Part shown: positions 19,207 to 30,400 of the stretch, in pieces
Layout: the number at the start of each line of letters is the position of its first letter
Numbering within the stretch: position 1 is the first letter of the stretch
Notes under the pieces: generated by a model
The model's database searches: none
What the model was told of the DNA's origin: nothing
What the model saw: the letters and a program-made list of their open reading frames with translations, nothing else
Made by a program: the position numbers and the translations under genes
Assembly (NCBI GenBank): GCA_902605215.1
Contig: CACLBX010000004.1
Location: 1 to 50,344 of the forward strand
Length of the DNA: 50,344 bases
Direction of reading: 5' to 3'
Source of the DNA: an uncultured Pelagibacteraceae bacterium
GTDB lineage: Bacteria; Pseudomonadota; Alphaproteobacteria; Pelagibacterales; AG-422-B15

Positions 19207-19893
19207 TCAATCCTCGTATGTCTTACAGTTAAGGCGAACTTCAGCTGTAAGAAAATCCGAATTATGTTTCCTCCAAAAATTTAATGTCTCTGTAGGACTT
19301 GACCCTTTACTTGTCCACCAAATTGGATGAATTAATAAATGTAAGCCTTGGCTACGATCACCGCATAGGTAATCAGAAATTAGAGGTAAAACATCCCTTC
19401 CTCCTGAGTCCGATAAGTACTTCATCCTCTTGAAATACTTGTCACTATATGTCTGAGGAATGCCATTCAAAGATACATTATTATTATCAAGAAATGGGCC
19501 TGGACGATGTATTGATACAATGTCTACATCAACATTAAATATGTTCTCAAACAATATTTTTTCATGTTCAAAATCTTCTATTGTGTCATGAGCAGTAGGA
19601 TCAAAGTGGATAGAAACCTTATGACCTAGTTTAATTATACTCTTAACCAATCTTTGATTTTCTGATGAAATTAGATTGTACATATTACTTGTCAGCATAA
19701 AGAAGTAGGTCGAGCGTATGCCAAGCTCAGATTCATAAAGCGCTAATTTATGCGCAAAATCTACGCTGAAGTCGATATCATGACGTATTAGAAGAGTATT
19801 TTTCGACTCTATGTCTCTCCAGTCACTTGTGGGAGTTAAATTATTATTCATCAATTTAATAATTAACTTCTTATACTGTTCCAGGCTAAACAT
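19207..19893 (-). CDS. Polysaccharide deacetylase/deformylase, WbmS-like
   Basis: LLIRHDIDFS, STYFF, GHKVSIHFD, SIHRP, YLSDSG, LLIHPIWW. Confidence 0.8.
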   Translation of the reverse strand: MFSLEQYKKLIIKLMNNNLTPTSDWRDIESKNTLLIRHDIDFSVDFAHKLALYESELGIRSTYFFMLTSNMYNLISSENQRLVKSIIKLGHKVSIHFDPTAHDTIEDFEHEKILFENIFNVDVDIVSIHRPGPFLDNNNVSLNGIPQTYSDKYFKRMKYLSDSGGRDVLPLISDYLCGDRSQGLHLLIHPIWWTSKGSSPTETLNFWRKHNSDFLTAEVRLNCKTYED

Positions 19894-20068
19894 CTTTAGG
19901 ATTCCTACCCTCAGCTAATGATCCTTTCAGCATCCCAGCAGTAAAGCCAAACTCTTTGCATAGACGTTTTACTTCTTTCAGTGCGTTAGCACGTTCGTTC
20001 TTCTTAGCTTCAACCATCTACTGCTGAATTGCTTCCATCTCAGCTTTCAATTCGTCATAAGATTTCAT
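19886..20068 (-). pseudogene. H-NS N-terminal oligomerisation-domain-like small ORF with in-frame TAG (not in ORF track)
   Basis: GGAGG SD then MKSYDELKAEMEAIQQ*MVEAKKNERANALKEVKRLCKEFGFTAGMLKGSLAEGRNPKDV*; TAG at 20018..20020 follows CAG CAG; the end overlaps the deacetylase start. Confidence 0.65.
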
Positions 20069-20238
20069 CTCACACCTCCATAGGTTAAGTATCAGCTTAT
20101 ATTATAGATTTGTTAAGGGGATGAACAGCACGTTTTTTCTACGCTTGCCGTAACATTGTTGTACTGTGACGAAAGTATTTCTAAAGCGTCTCACTATGCC
20201 AGTCAGTCACTGCGTCAACGATACAATAGTCACACGTT

Positions 20239-20347
20239 TGCGCAACATTTTGTGTAACTGTATGAAAAAAGACTAAGGAAATCAACGATTGATTTCTAAA
20301 TGTGAAAGTAATGTGTAAGTCATTAATGTAATAAAATCAGTGACTTA
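20239..20347. repeat. guaA-proximal att arm: arm-type repeats and inverted repeats
   Basis: TGCGCAAC/TGTGTAAC (20239..20258), TGTGAAAG/TGTGTAAG (20301..20319), IR GAAATCAA-cga-TTGATTTC (20278..20296), imperfect IR TAAGTCATTAAT...ATCAGTGACTTA (20316..20347, IHF-like). Confidence 0.6.
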
Positions 20348-20358
20348 AACTAGAAAAA

Positions 20359-21897
20359 CTACTCCCACTCAATAGTACCAGGAGGCTTAGAAGTTGTATC
20401 ATAAACTACGCGATTAATTCCTTTTACTTCATTTATAATTCGAGTTGATACTTTACTGAAAAATTCACCACTAAAAGGATAGAAATCAGCCGTCATGCCA
20501 TCTACAGAAGTTACAGCTCTCAAGCCACAAACAAACTCATATGACCTTTGATCACCCATTACTCCAACAGTTCGGACAGGCAATAGAACTGCAAAAGCTT
20601 GCCAGATTTCATTGTATAAATCTGCTGCTTTTATCTCATCAATATAAATTTTATCCGCATGTTGTAACATTCGCACTTTATCTTTTGTAATGTCACTTAA
20701 TATTCGAATTCCTAATCCAGGACCTGGAAATGGGTGTCTTTGAATAAATTCTTTAGGTAATTTTAGCTCTTTACCGAGTCTGCGAACTTCATCCTTAAAT
20801 AATTCTTGTAAAGGTTCGACAAGGCCCAGTTTCATTTCTTTAGGCAGGCCTCCAACATTGTGATGTGACTTGATTACTGAAGTTGGCCCCCCATGAAAAC
20901 TTTGACTCTCTATTATATCTGGATAGATCGTGCCTTGAGCTAAAAATTTTGCTTTAGAGATTTTGCTAGACTCAGCGTTAAATATTTTAATAAATAAATT
21001 GCCAATAATTTTACGTTTTTTTTCTGGATCAGATACTCCTTTAAGGGAAGTGAAGAATCTATTCTTGGCATTAACAGTAATAAGCCTTGATTTAAAATGC
21101 TTTTTGAACAAATTTTGAACTTCCTCAGTTTCATTCAACCTCATTAAGCCAGTATCGACATAGATACATGTTAATTGTTTGTTAATTGCTTTTGAAATTA
21201 TTGCTGCTGTCACCATACTGTCAACTCCTCCAGATAAACCACAAATGACATGGTTTTTTTCGACCTTAATCTTTATTTTGGCAACTTGAGTTTTAAGATA
21301 GTTTTGCATGCTCCATGTAGGTTTAGTTTTGCATATATTGATTATGAAGTTCTTAATTATCATTTCACCTTGATGTGTGTGAACAACTTCAGGATGAAAT
21401 TGAAGACCATAAATATTTAGTTTTTTATTTTCTATGCCCACAAATTTAGAGTTTTTACTTTTCGCTATGGTTGCGAAATCATTTGGCAATTTAATTGCCT
21501 TGTCACCGTGACTCATCCATACATAATGTTGCTTATTTTTTAACTTAATATTTTGAAAGAGCTTACTTTTATGAGTGTGCGTAATTAATGTTTTGCCAAA
21601 TTCGCGTTCCTTTGATATTTCAACCCTACCTCCAAGTTGATGAACTATAAGTTGCATTCCGTAACAAATTCCTAGAATTGGAATATTTAGCGAAAAGATT
21701 TTCTTATCAATTTTTGGTGTACGCGACTTATGAACACTTGCAGGTCCTCCTGAAAATATAATTCCAGTTGGCTTAGTATCCTTAATTTTATGCAACAGGT
21801 TCTTATTACTTACAATTTCACAATAAACGCTGGCCTCTCGAACCCTTCTTGCGATTAATTGAGTTACCTGAGAGCCGAAGTCTACAATATAAATCAT
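20359..21897 (-). CDS. guaA: GMP synthase (glutamine-hydrolysing)
   Basis: DFGSQ, GICYGMQ, QFHPEV, SGGVDS, IKSHHNVGG, HPFPGPGL, SKPPGTIEWE. Confidence 0.99.
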   Translation of the reverse strand: MIYIVDFGSQVTQLIARRVREASVYCEIVSNKNLLHKIKDTKPTGIIFSGGPASVHKSRTPKIDKKIFSLNIPILGICYGMQLIVHQLGGRVEISKEREFGKTLITHTHKSKLFQNIKLKNKQHYVWMSHGDKAIKLPNDFATIAKSKNSKFVGIENKKLNIYGLQFHPEVVHTHQGEMIIKNFIINICKTKPTWSMQNYLKTQVAKIKIKVEKNHVICGLSGGVDSMVTAAIISKAINKQLTCIYVDTGLMRLNETEEVQNLFKKHFKSRLITVNAKNRFFTSLKGVSDPEKKRKIIGNLFIKIFNAESSKISKAKFLAQGTIYPDIIESQSFHGGPTSVIKSHHNVGGLPKEMKLGLVEPLQELFKDEVRRLGKELKLPKEFIQRHPFPGPGLGIRILSDITKDKVRMLQHADKIYIDEIKAADLYNEIWQAFAVLLPVRTVGVMGDQRSYEFVCGLRAVTSVDGMTADFYPFSGEFFSKVSTRIINEVKGINRVVYDTTSKPPGTIEWE

Positions 21898-21898
21898 A

Positions 21899-22297
21899 CT
21901 AGTCAGCCAGCAATTTTAGATTATCAATTTCTTCACAGTCTTTATCACAAAGGATTTCTAAATTAGAAATAAATTCAGCATAATCTTCTATGTTACCCAA
22001 GTTATACGCAGTCTTTCCTAAAAGGAAATTAAGCTCTAAATTGTGCGGCACTAATGTGAATGCAATATTATAATATTTATTAGCAGTGCTTAAATCGTCA
22101 ATTTTTTCATAAGATTTGCCTAACAAAACAAACGACTCTGACGATTTGGGGTTAAAAACAATTTCCTTTTCTAAATATTTAATAGCTATTTCGTATTTAT
22201 TTTTGTTGAAATTCTCTAGAGCATTATCATAAAAATTTGACGCTGACCAAGAATGCGATGAGTATAAAAAAAAAGTTAAAATTATAAAATATTTCAT
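21899..22297 (-). CDS. Secreted TPR-repeat protein
   Basis: Signal-peptide-like N-terminus, TPR-like helices (AIKYLEKEIVFNPK...LLGKSY), C-terminal LC...C.E. Confidence 0.75.
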   Translation of the reverse strand: MKYFIILTFFLYSSHSWSASNFYDNALENFNKNKYEIAIKYLEKEIVFNPKSSESFVLLGKSYEKIDDLSTANKYYNIAFTLVPHNLELNFLLGKTAYNLGNIEDYAEFISNLEILCDKDCEEIDNLKLLAD

Positions 22298-22301
22298 CTA
22301 C

Positions 22302-23777
<1,476 letters not shown>

Positions 23778-23811
23778 TTAAATTATTTAACAAATTATGT
23801 CAATCAAGGTG

Positions 23812-24435
23812 TTATTTTTTTCTAAGGCAAACTAAATAGATTTCACTTGAATTTTTCCTACTTGATTTTGGCTTAAATGAAGTAACTTTATGAAAATTCC
23901 TTTTACATATAGTGAGTACATCTGAAATATCACCTGTTCTGAAATACTTAGCCACAAAATGGCCATTAATATTAAGATTCTGAAGTGAATAACTTAACGC
24001 ATTCTCAACTAAATCCTTGGAAAGAAGAAAATCAGACACTTTATTGCCTGACAAGTTGGGCGAGATATCAGAAAGCACTAGATCATATTCACCTATAGTT
24101 TTAGAGATTTTTTCGAATTCGGGAGATAAAAAGTCTGATCTATAAAAAGTAACACCTTTAATCTCTTCCATTTCAAGGATATCTACAGCAATTATTGAAT
24201 TTAGACTTTTCCCATGATTTTTAAGTACTTGGCACCAACTTCCAGGTGCTGAACCAAGATCAATTACATTTTTAGCCTCATTTAAAATTTTATATTTCTC
24301 AATAATTTCAACTAACTTGTATGCAGCCCTGGATCTATAGTTATCACTAATAGACTTCTGCACAAATTCATCATCTACATGCCTTTTAAGCCATTTCTTA
24401 TTTTTATCTTTGAATAATTTATTCTTTATTTTCAT
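23812..24435 (-). CDS. rlmE: 23S rRNA Um2552 methyltransferase RlmE/FtsJ (track start 24453)
   Basis: YRSRAAYKL, DLGSAPGSW, VLSD.SPN, KPKSSR..SSEIY. Confidence 0.95.
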   Translation of the reverse strand: MKIKNKLFKDKNKKWLKRHVDDEFVQKSISDNYRSRAAYKLVEIIEKYKILNEAKNVIDLGSAPGSWCQVLKNHGKSLNSIIAVDILEMEEIKGVTFYRSDFLSPEFEKISKTIGEYDLVLSDISPNLSGNKVSDFLLSKDLVENALSYSLQNLNINGHFVAKYFRTGDISDVLTICKRNFHKVTSFKPKSSRKNSSEIYLVCLRKK

Positions 24436-24500
24436 AAAGTTGTTATTTTTCAATTATTTAACAATAAATACATACTACTTGAAATCTAGCTAATTACCAA

Positions 24501-24547
24501 TATATCACTTTGATATAGGTATTGATTATATATATCAACCTGATATA
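24501..24547. promoter_or_regulatory. Two palindromic operators TATATCA-N3-TGATATA, likely PadR sites
   Basis: 24501..24517 tatatca-ctt-tgatata and 24531..24547 tatatca-acc-tgatata, 30 bp apart, in the rlmE/tolC divergent region. Confidence 0.75.
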
Positions 24548-24562
24548 GATACCTTTTTTATA

Positions 24563-25864
24563 ATGGATTTTTATATGAGATTTTCTAAGTATTTTGCGAT
24601 CATAATGACTTTATTATCAACGAGTAGTGCTGGAGCATTGAGTCTAAATGATGCAATTAGTGAATCTTTGGCAAATAACCTGCTGCTTAAAATGGAAGCT
24701 AATTCAGTAGATATTGCTGAAGAAGATTATTTTCAATCAAAATCAAATTACTTACCTTCAATTAGTCTTAACGCAAATATATCAGAAAATGAATACTCAA
24801 GCCTTAAAACTCAATCAGGAATTATTGGGAGTGATTACGAATTAGCTCCAAGCAGTAAATCAATAATCTTATCTCAAAATCTATTCAGTGGTTTTAGTCG
24901 CTTTTACAATTCAATGTCGACAAAAGAATCTCTAAATCTGAAAAGACTTAATGAGAAGAAAGTTATTCAGGACATAATTTTAGAGACGATTGAAGCCTAC
25001 TATAATGTCCTTATTGCTGAAAAATCAGTTAAGTCGTACAATGACAATCTTGAGTCTGTTGCAGAAAGATCAAATGCAACAATCAAAGAATACGAAGTTG
25101 GCCTCACCTCCAAAACTGATGTTGCTCAGGCTGAAGCTTTCTTAAATAATGCAAAGATTGATTTATTAGATTCTGAAATAATTCTTAAAAATTTAAAAAA
25201 TTCATTCTTTGATTTAGTTGGTGTTGATGCAAGAGATTTAATGTTTTCAGAAATTAATGCTGACATACCAAGTTCCTTTAGTGAATTTAAAGAAATATTA
25301 ATCGCTAATAATTATTCAATAAGGATGGCGGAAGTAAATTTGAAAATAATGAATGCTAATGTAGGAGTGGCACGTTCAGCATATTATCCTCAACTAAGTC
25401 TTACTGCTACTAAATCTGAGTTAGATGAATTTTCAGCTGAGATAGATGAGCTCACTAATGAAGAAATTAAAGCTACTCTTAATTGGCCAATCTTTACGGC
25501 TGGAAAATCGCTATCTAATGTCCGCAAGGCAAAAGAAGTTAAAAATACGCAGTTAATACTTTTACAGAAAACGCAAAATGAAACTGTTATTCTCTCAGAA
25601 AATATCTGGGACAAATATAAAATTTCAGAACAAACCATTAAAGCTGCTGAGCTAACGTATAATGCCAATCAAACTGCATATAAAGGTACTGTAATTGAGC
25701 AAGAAGTTGGTGAAAGAAGTGTTCTAGATGTTTTAATTGCAAGGCAAGCGCTGCTCAATTCAGAGATTAATTATTTCAACAAGCAGAAAGATAGAGAAAT
25801 AGTTAAAACTCAAATTATGTATTTAGCAGGGTTACTTAATTTTGAAAATTTAGAGGTTAATTAA
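24563..25864 (+). CDS. TolC family outer membrane efflux protein
   Basis: Signal peptide, LSLNDAI...ANN, EYEVGLTSKTDV.QA, EQEVGERSVLDVL.A. Confidence 0.92.
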   Translation: MDFYMRFSKYFAIIMTLLSTSSAGALSLNDAISESLANNLLLKMEANSVDIAEEDYFQSKSNYLPSISLNANISENEYSSLKTQSGIIGSDYELAPSSKSIILSQNLFSGFSRFYNSMSTKESLNLKRLNEKKVIQDIILETIEAYYNVLIAEKSVKSYNDNLESVAERSNATIKEYEVGLTSKTDVAQAEAFLNNAKIDLLDSEIILKNLKNSFFDLVGVDARDLMFSEINADIPSSFSEFKEILIANNYSIRMAEVNLKIMNANVGVARSAYYPQLSLTATKSELDEFSAEIDELTNEEIKATLNWPIFTAGKSLSNVRKAKEVKNTQLILLQKTQNETVILSENIWDKYKISEQTIKAAELTYNANQTAYKGTVIEQEVGERSVLDVLIARQALLNSEINYFNKQKDREIVKTQIMYLAGLLNFENLEVN

Positions 25865-25865
25865 T

Positions 25866-26414
25866 ATGCAAAAAGATACTCTATGTTTAGGCTTACTTTC
25901 TTTGGGCCCAAGATCAGGTTATGAAATTAAACAAATGTTTGAAGGTCCTTTATCAGATTTTTACAGCTTAAGCTTTGGAACTATTTATCCAACTTTAAAT
26001 AAACTCCAAGATGAGAAATATGTTTCATGTAAGCAATTATCACAAAGCAAAAAGCCAGATAAAAAAGTTTATACAATCACTAAAAAAGGAAAGGACTTAA
26101 TGAAGGACAATTTATTAGGAGATGCCTCAGCCTATATACGTTCAGGCAATTTTGGTGATCAAATCAAATCAGAATTCTTTTTACTTTTATTATTTGCAAA
26201 ATATCTACCTCAAGAAACTTTAGACACAGTATTAAATGAAAGAACTTTGTTTCTGCGACAGAAACTGGAACAATTTAAATATGACGGTCCAGTTCCATCA
26301 GATCTACAAGCTCTTAGAAATGAAAAATCTGTCGCCTTTATTAGAGGACTGGCAACAACCCTAATTGAAAGTGGTTTAAATTATATGGAAAAAAATAGAG
26401 GAAAGCTGAATTAG
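25866..26414 (+). CDS. PadR family transcriptional regulator (AphA-like C-terminus)
   Basis: LGLL..GP.SGYEIK...SFGTIYPTL.KL...KPDKKVYTIT.KG. Confidence 0.92.
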   Translation: MQKDTLCLGLLSLGPRSGYEIKQMFEGPLSDFYSLSFGTIYPTLNKLQDEKYVSCKQLSQSKKPDKKVYTITKKGKDLMKDNLLGDASAYIRSGNFGDQIKSEFFLLLLFAKYLPQETLDTVLNERTLFLRQKLEQFKYDGPVPSDLQALRNEKSVAFIRGLATTLIESGLNYMEKNRGKLN

Positions 26415-26415
26415 T

Positions 26416-27486
26416 ATGTTTAAAAAAATCCCAATCAATATTGTCTCAGCAATTGTAATCTTTATTCTTGTTTTTGCATGGATAGTTTCAGGCTTGTTTT
26501 CTTCAGACGAAACTAGTTCATCTGAAACAATAACAAATAGTGAAACAGTTGAGAAGATCACTGTCAGAGCCAGTGAATTTTCATCACAAGATAAAACATA
26601 TTATCTCACAGTACGTGGAAGAACTGAGGCAGATAAAGTTGTTATGCTTAAGCCAAAAACGTCCTCTAATATTTCAATGGTAATAAGTCCAGGGCAAAAT
26701 GTGAAAGCAGGTGAGCTCATTTGTTTACTAGATAAAGAAAACAGACTAGCTGGATTAAATGAAGCAAACGCTAATAAAAATAAAGCTCAATTACAATTTG
26801 ACGCAATTCAAACACTTGCAAATGAGGGTTACAGATCAGAAAATGCTGTGGCTACAGCGGAGGCTGCTCTAAAATCCGCTATAGCGCGAGTTGAAATGGC
26901 ACAAAATGAACTTGATAACATTAGAGTTGTTGCTCCATTCGATGGGTATGTTGAAGATGTGTTTGTTGAAGTTGGTGATTTAATTACTCCTGCAACCCCA
27001 TGTGCTAAAATTATGCAACTTGATCCGATGAAAATAACAGGTGAAGTTACAGAGAAGAATGTTGCACAATTATCAATTGATCAAGAAGTAAGTGTCAAGA
27101 TGTTAAATGGAGAGACTATTGAAGGAAAAATTAACTTCATTAGCAAAAGTGCCAATCCAAGCACGCGCACATACAAAGTAGAAGCAACAGTACTAAATAA
27201 AGATGGGAATATTCTTGAGGGACTTACTGCAGAGATGAGAGTGCCATTAAATAAAGTTAAAGCCCACCTAATACCATCTTATTTGCTGTCACTAAATGAT
27301 GAAGGTGAATTGGGAATAAAAATAGTTAAAGATGGCGCAGTTAAATTTCTTCTCATTCAAATTATAGAAGATGGCCTTGATGGCTTATGGGTTTCGGGAT
27401 TGCCGGATAAAGTGACTATTATCACTGTGGGTCAAGAATATGTAATAAACGGACAAAATGTTAATGTTCAATTGAGTGAGATTTAG
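26416..27486 (+). CDS. RND efflux membrane fusion protein
   Basis: N-terminal TM, APFDG, GKINFIS..A...TRTY.VE. Confidence 0.92.
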   Translation: MFKKIPINIVSAIVIFILVFAWIVSGLFSSDETSSSETITNSETVEKITVRASEFSSQDKTYYLTVRGRTEADKVVMLKPKTSSNISMVISPGQNVKAGELICLLDKENRLAGLNEANANKNKAQLQFDAIQTLANEGYRSENAVATAEAALKSAIARVEMAQNELDNIRVVAPFDGYVEDVFVEVGDLITPATPCAKIMQLDPMKITGEVTEKNVAQLSIDQEVSVKMLNGETIEGKINFISKSANPSTRTYKVEATVLNKDGNILEGLTAEMRVPLNKVKAHLIPSYLLSLNDEGELGIKIVKDGAVKFLLIQIIEDGLDGLWVSGLPDKVTIITVGQEYVINGQNVNVQLSEI

Positions 27487-27491
27487 TTTAA

Positions 27492-30400
27492 GTGGTAGAT
27501 TTCTTAGTTGATAGAAAAAGAACAGCTCTTGCGCTTCTATTAGTACTTATTTTTGCTGGAATTATTGGAAGAATGAATATTCCAATTGAGAACAGACCAG
27601 AAATTACAATACCAGTAGTTTATGTAGGCGTTTCACTTCCTGGCATATCACCAGAAGATGCTGAGAGACTTCTGCTTAAACCAATAGAAGATGAGGTGAG
27701 AAGTATTGAAGGAATTGATGAACTTCAGGGCTTTGCTCTTGAAAATTTTGCTGCCGTTATTGTCAAATTTGATGCTGCTGAAACCATGAAGAAATCTCTA
27801 GACAAGGTTAGAGATGCCGTTAATGACGCAAAAGTTAAATTCCCAGACGAAGCAAACGATCCGATGGTAAGAGAAGTGTCAGTTACTGAAGATCCAACAA
27901 TTATTCTTTCAATCAGCTCAAAATCAGCCTCAGAAAGATTTATATTAGACCTTGCTCGTGAAATAAAAAAAGATGTTGAGCTTATTCCTGCAATTTTTGA
28001 AGCAGAAATGGTTGGCGGAAGACAAGAACAACTTGAAGCTGTAATTAATAGAACTCAGCTTGAGAGTTATAATATATCCTTCATGGAAATAATAAGCTCT
28101 GTTGCAAATAATAATCAAGTAGTAACAGCGGGCGAAATTAAAACTGCTCAGGGTCAATTCTCTGTAAATGTTCCAGGTTTATTTGAAACTGCAAGAGATG
28201 TTTATGAACTACCCATAAGATCAACGGATAACAGTTCCGTATTATTATCCGATATTTCTGAATTAAAGAGAAATTTTAGGGATAGAGAAAATTATACCAA
28301 AGTTAATGGAGAAATAGGTGTTTCTCTTCTAATAAAAAAAGCTAGAGGTGAAAATGTTATTGAGACTATAGATGAAGTTGAGAGGATTGTTGACAAATAT
28401 AAATCTAAAGTTTCTTCGGATGTAAGTTTTAATTATGTAATGGATACTCGAAGTTATATTTCAGATAACGTCGACTCGCTCCAAGGTAATATTATTTTAG
28501 CTACTGTCGTGGTTTTATTAGTTACTATGATAGCCCTGGGAATCAGATCCTCTTTAATAGTCGGCTCAGGTATTCCAGTTTCAATCTTAATTACAATATT
28601 CGTTATGTATGCCCTGGGCTATAATTATAACTTCATGGTCATGTTTGGTATATTAGTAGCGCTAGGAATGCTTATTGATGGTTCTCTTGTTGTAGTTGAA
28701 CTGGCTGATAGAAAAATGCTTGAAGGGTTTAGTAAGCAGGAGGCATATGTCTATTCGGCAAAAAGAATGTTCTGGCCTATCGTTGCTTCATCTGCAACAA
28801 CGCTAGCGGTCTTTGCACCACTTTTCTTCTGGCCTGGTGTATCTGGTCAATTTATGTCCGTTCTTCCACTCACAATCTTTATTGTTTTGTCTATTGCATT
28901 GGTTTTTAGCTTAATGTTTGTTCCAGTAATAGGAAGTGTATTTGGGAAGCCTTCAAATGCATCAGCTGATGTTTATCGTAGTCTTGGTTCGGATCAAGGC
29001 ATCAATCTCAAAGAACTAACGGGATATGTAGGAAAATATGTGAATATATTAAGCTACGTCATTAAAAGACCAATTATTACCCTATCGTTAATATTTTTTG
29101 TTATTTTTGGCATTATAGCAACTTACTCAAACTTTGGTAAAGGTATGGTGTTTTTTACTTCTAACGACCCCTACTTTGGAGTTGTCAAAGTCTACGCAAG
29201 AGGAAACTTGTCTGTAGAGGAGGTAAATGATCTTGCGCAAGAAGTTGAAGATGCGATGATAAACCAGTTCGGCATCAAAAGTTATTTTTTACAGACTGGG
29301 CAATTTAGTAGTGTTGGGCCATCAGGAGGGGGATCTTCTGAAGATTTAATTGCAACAGCTTACTTTGAGTTCATTGAACGGGGCAAAAGAGAAAATGGAC
29401 ATAAAATAATGGACGATTTAAGAAATGAACTTGGTAATATTAGCGGCATTAAGTATGAAGTCATTGAAGAAACAGGCGGACCACCTGTAGGTAAAGATTT
29501 AGAAATAAGAATAACTGGACCGACGAGTGATATTTTAGTTCCAGTGACTAAGTCGTTAAGAGACTATATTGATAATCTTGATGAGTTAATAAGCATTGAG
29601 GATACTTTGCCAATTCCATTAGTTGATTGGGAGCTTACCATTGATAAGCCTAAAGCAGCACAATTTGGCGTTGATATTTTTACTATTGGTACGGCAATCA
29701 AATTGGTTACTGAAGGAATAATGATAGGCAAGTACAGGCCAAATGACATAGATGAAGAATTAGAAATCTATGTAAGATACCCTGAAAGTGACAGATCAAT
29801 TGATCAACTTGACAATGTAATGATTGAGTCATCTGTTGGTAAAGTTCCTATTAGCAATTTCCTTACAAAGAAGCCAAAGCAAAATGTTAGTTTTATTAGA
29901 AGATGGGACGCAAGAAATGCCATGTACATTAAGGCAAATGTGACTGAGGGCACTTCAACAGGTGAAGTCGTGGAGAAGTTGAGCGACTGGGCAGATGATC
30001 AAGCATTTCCGCCAAATGTTGATATAGCTTATGGAGGCGAAAATGAAGAGCAAAATGACTCCATGAAATTTATCGTTCAGGCATTTATAATTTCTGTATT
30101 GATAATGGCGGCATTACTAGTGACCCAATTCAATAGTTTCTATCAATGCTTTATAATTCTTACTGCAGTCATTATAAGTACTGCAGGCGTATATTTAGGA
30201 CTACTAGTATTTGATCAAGCATTCTCCGCTATATTACATGGTATTGGAATTGTTTCATTGGCAGGAATAGTTGTTAACAATAATATTATTCTAATTGATG
30301 CATATAATTTTGTTAGTAACAAAAATAAGGACGATGTCTATAATAATGTTCTTAAGGCATGTGCCCAAAGATTGAGGCCTATCTTTCTAACTACAATTAC

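Larger units (their letters stand above)
17921..20379. mobile_element. Integrase-less mini genomic island integrated at the guaA 3' end
   Basis: Degenerate direct repeat of the guaA terminus at both ends (16/21 identical), IHF-like and tandem TGTGTAAC-type arm repeats inside both ends, accessory cargo and gene fragments. Confidence 0.75.
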
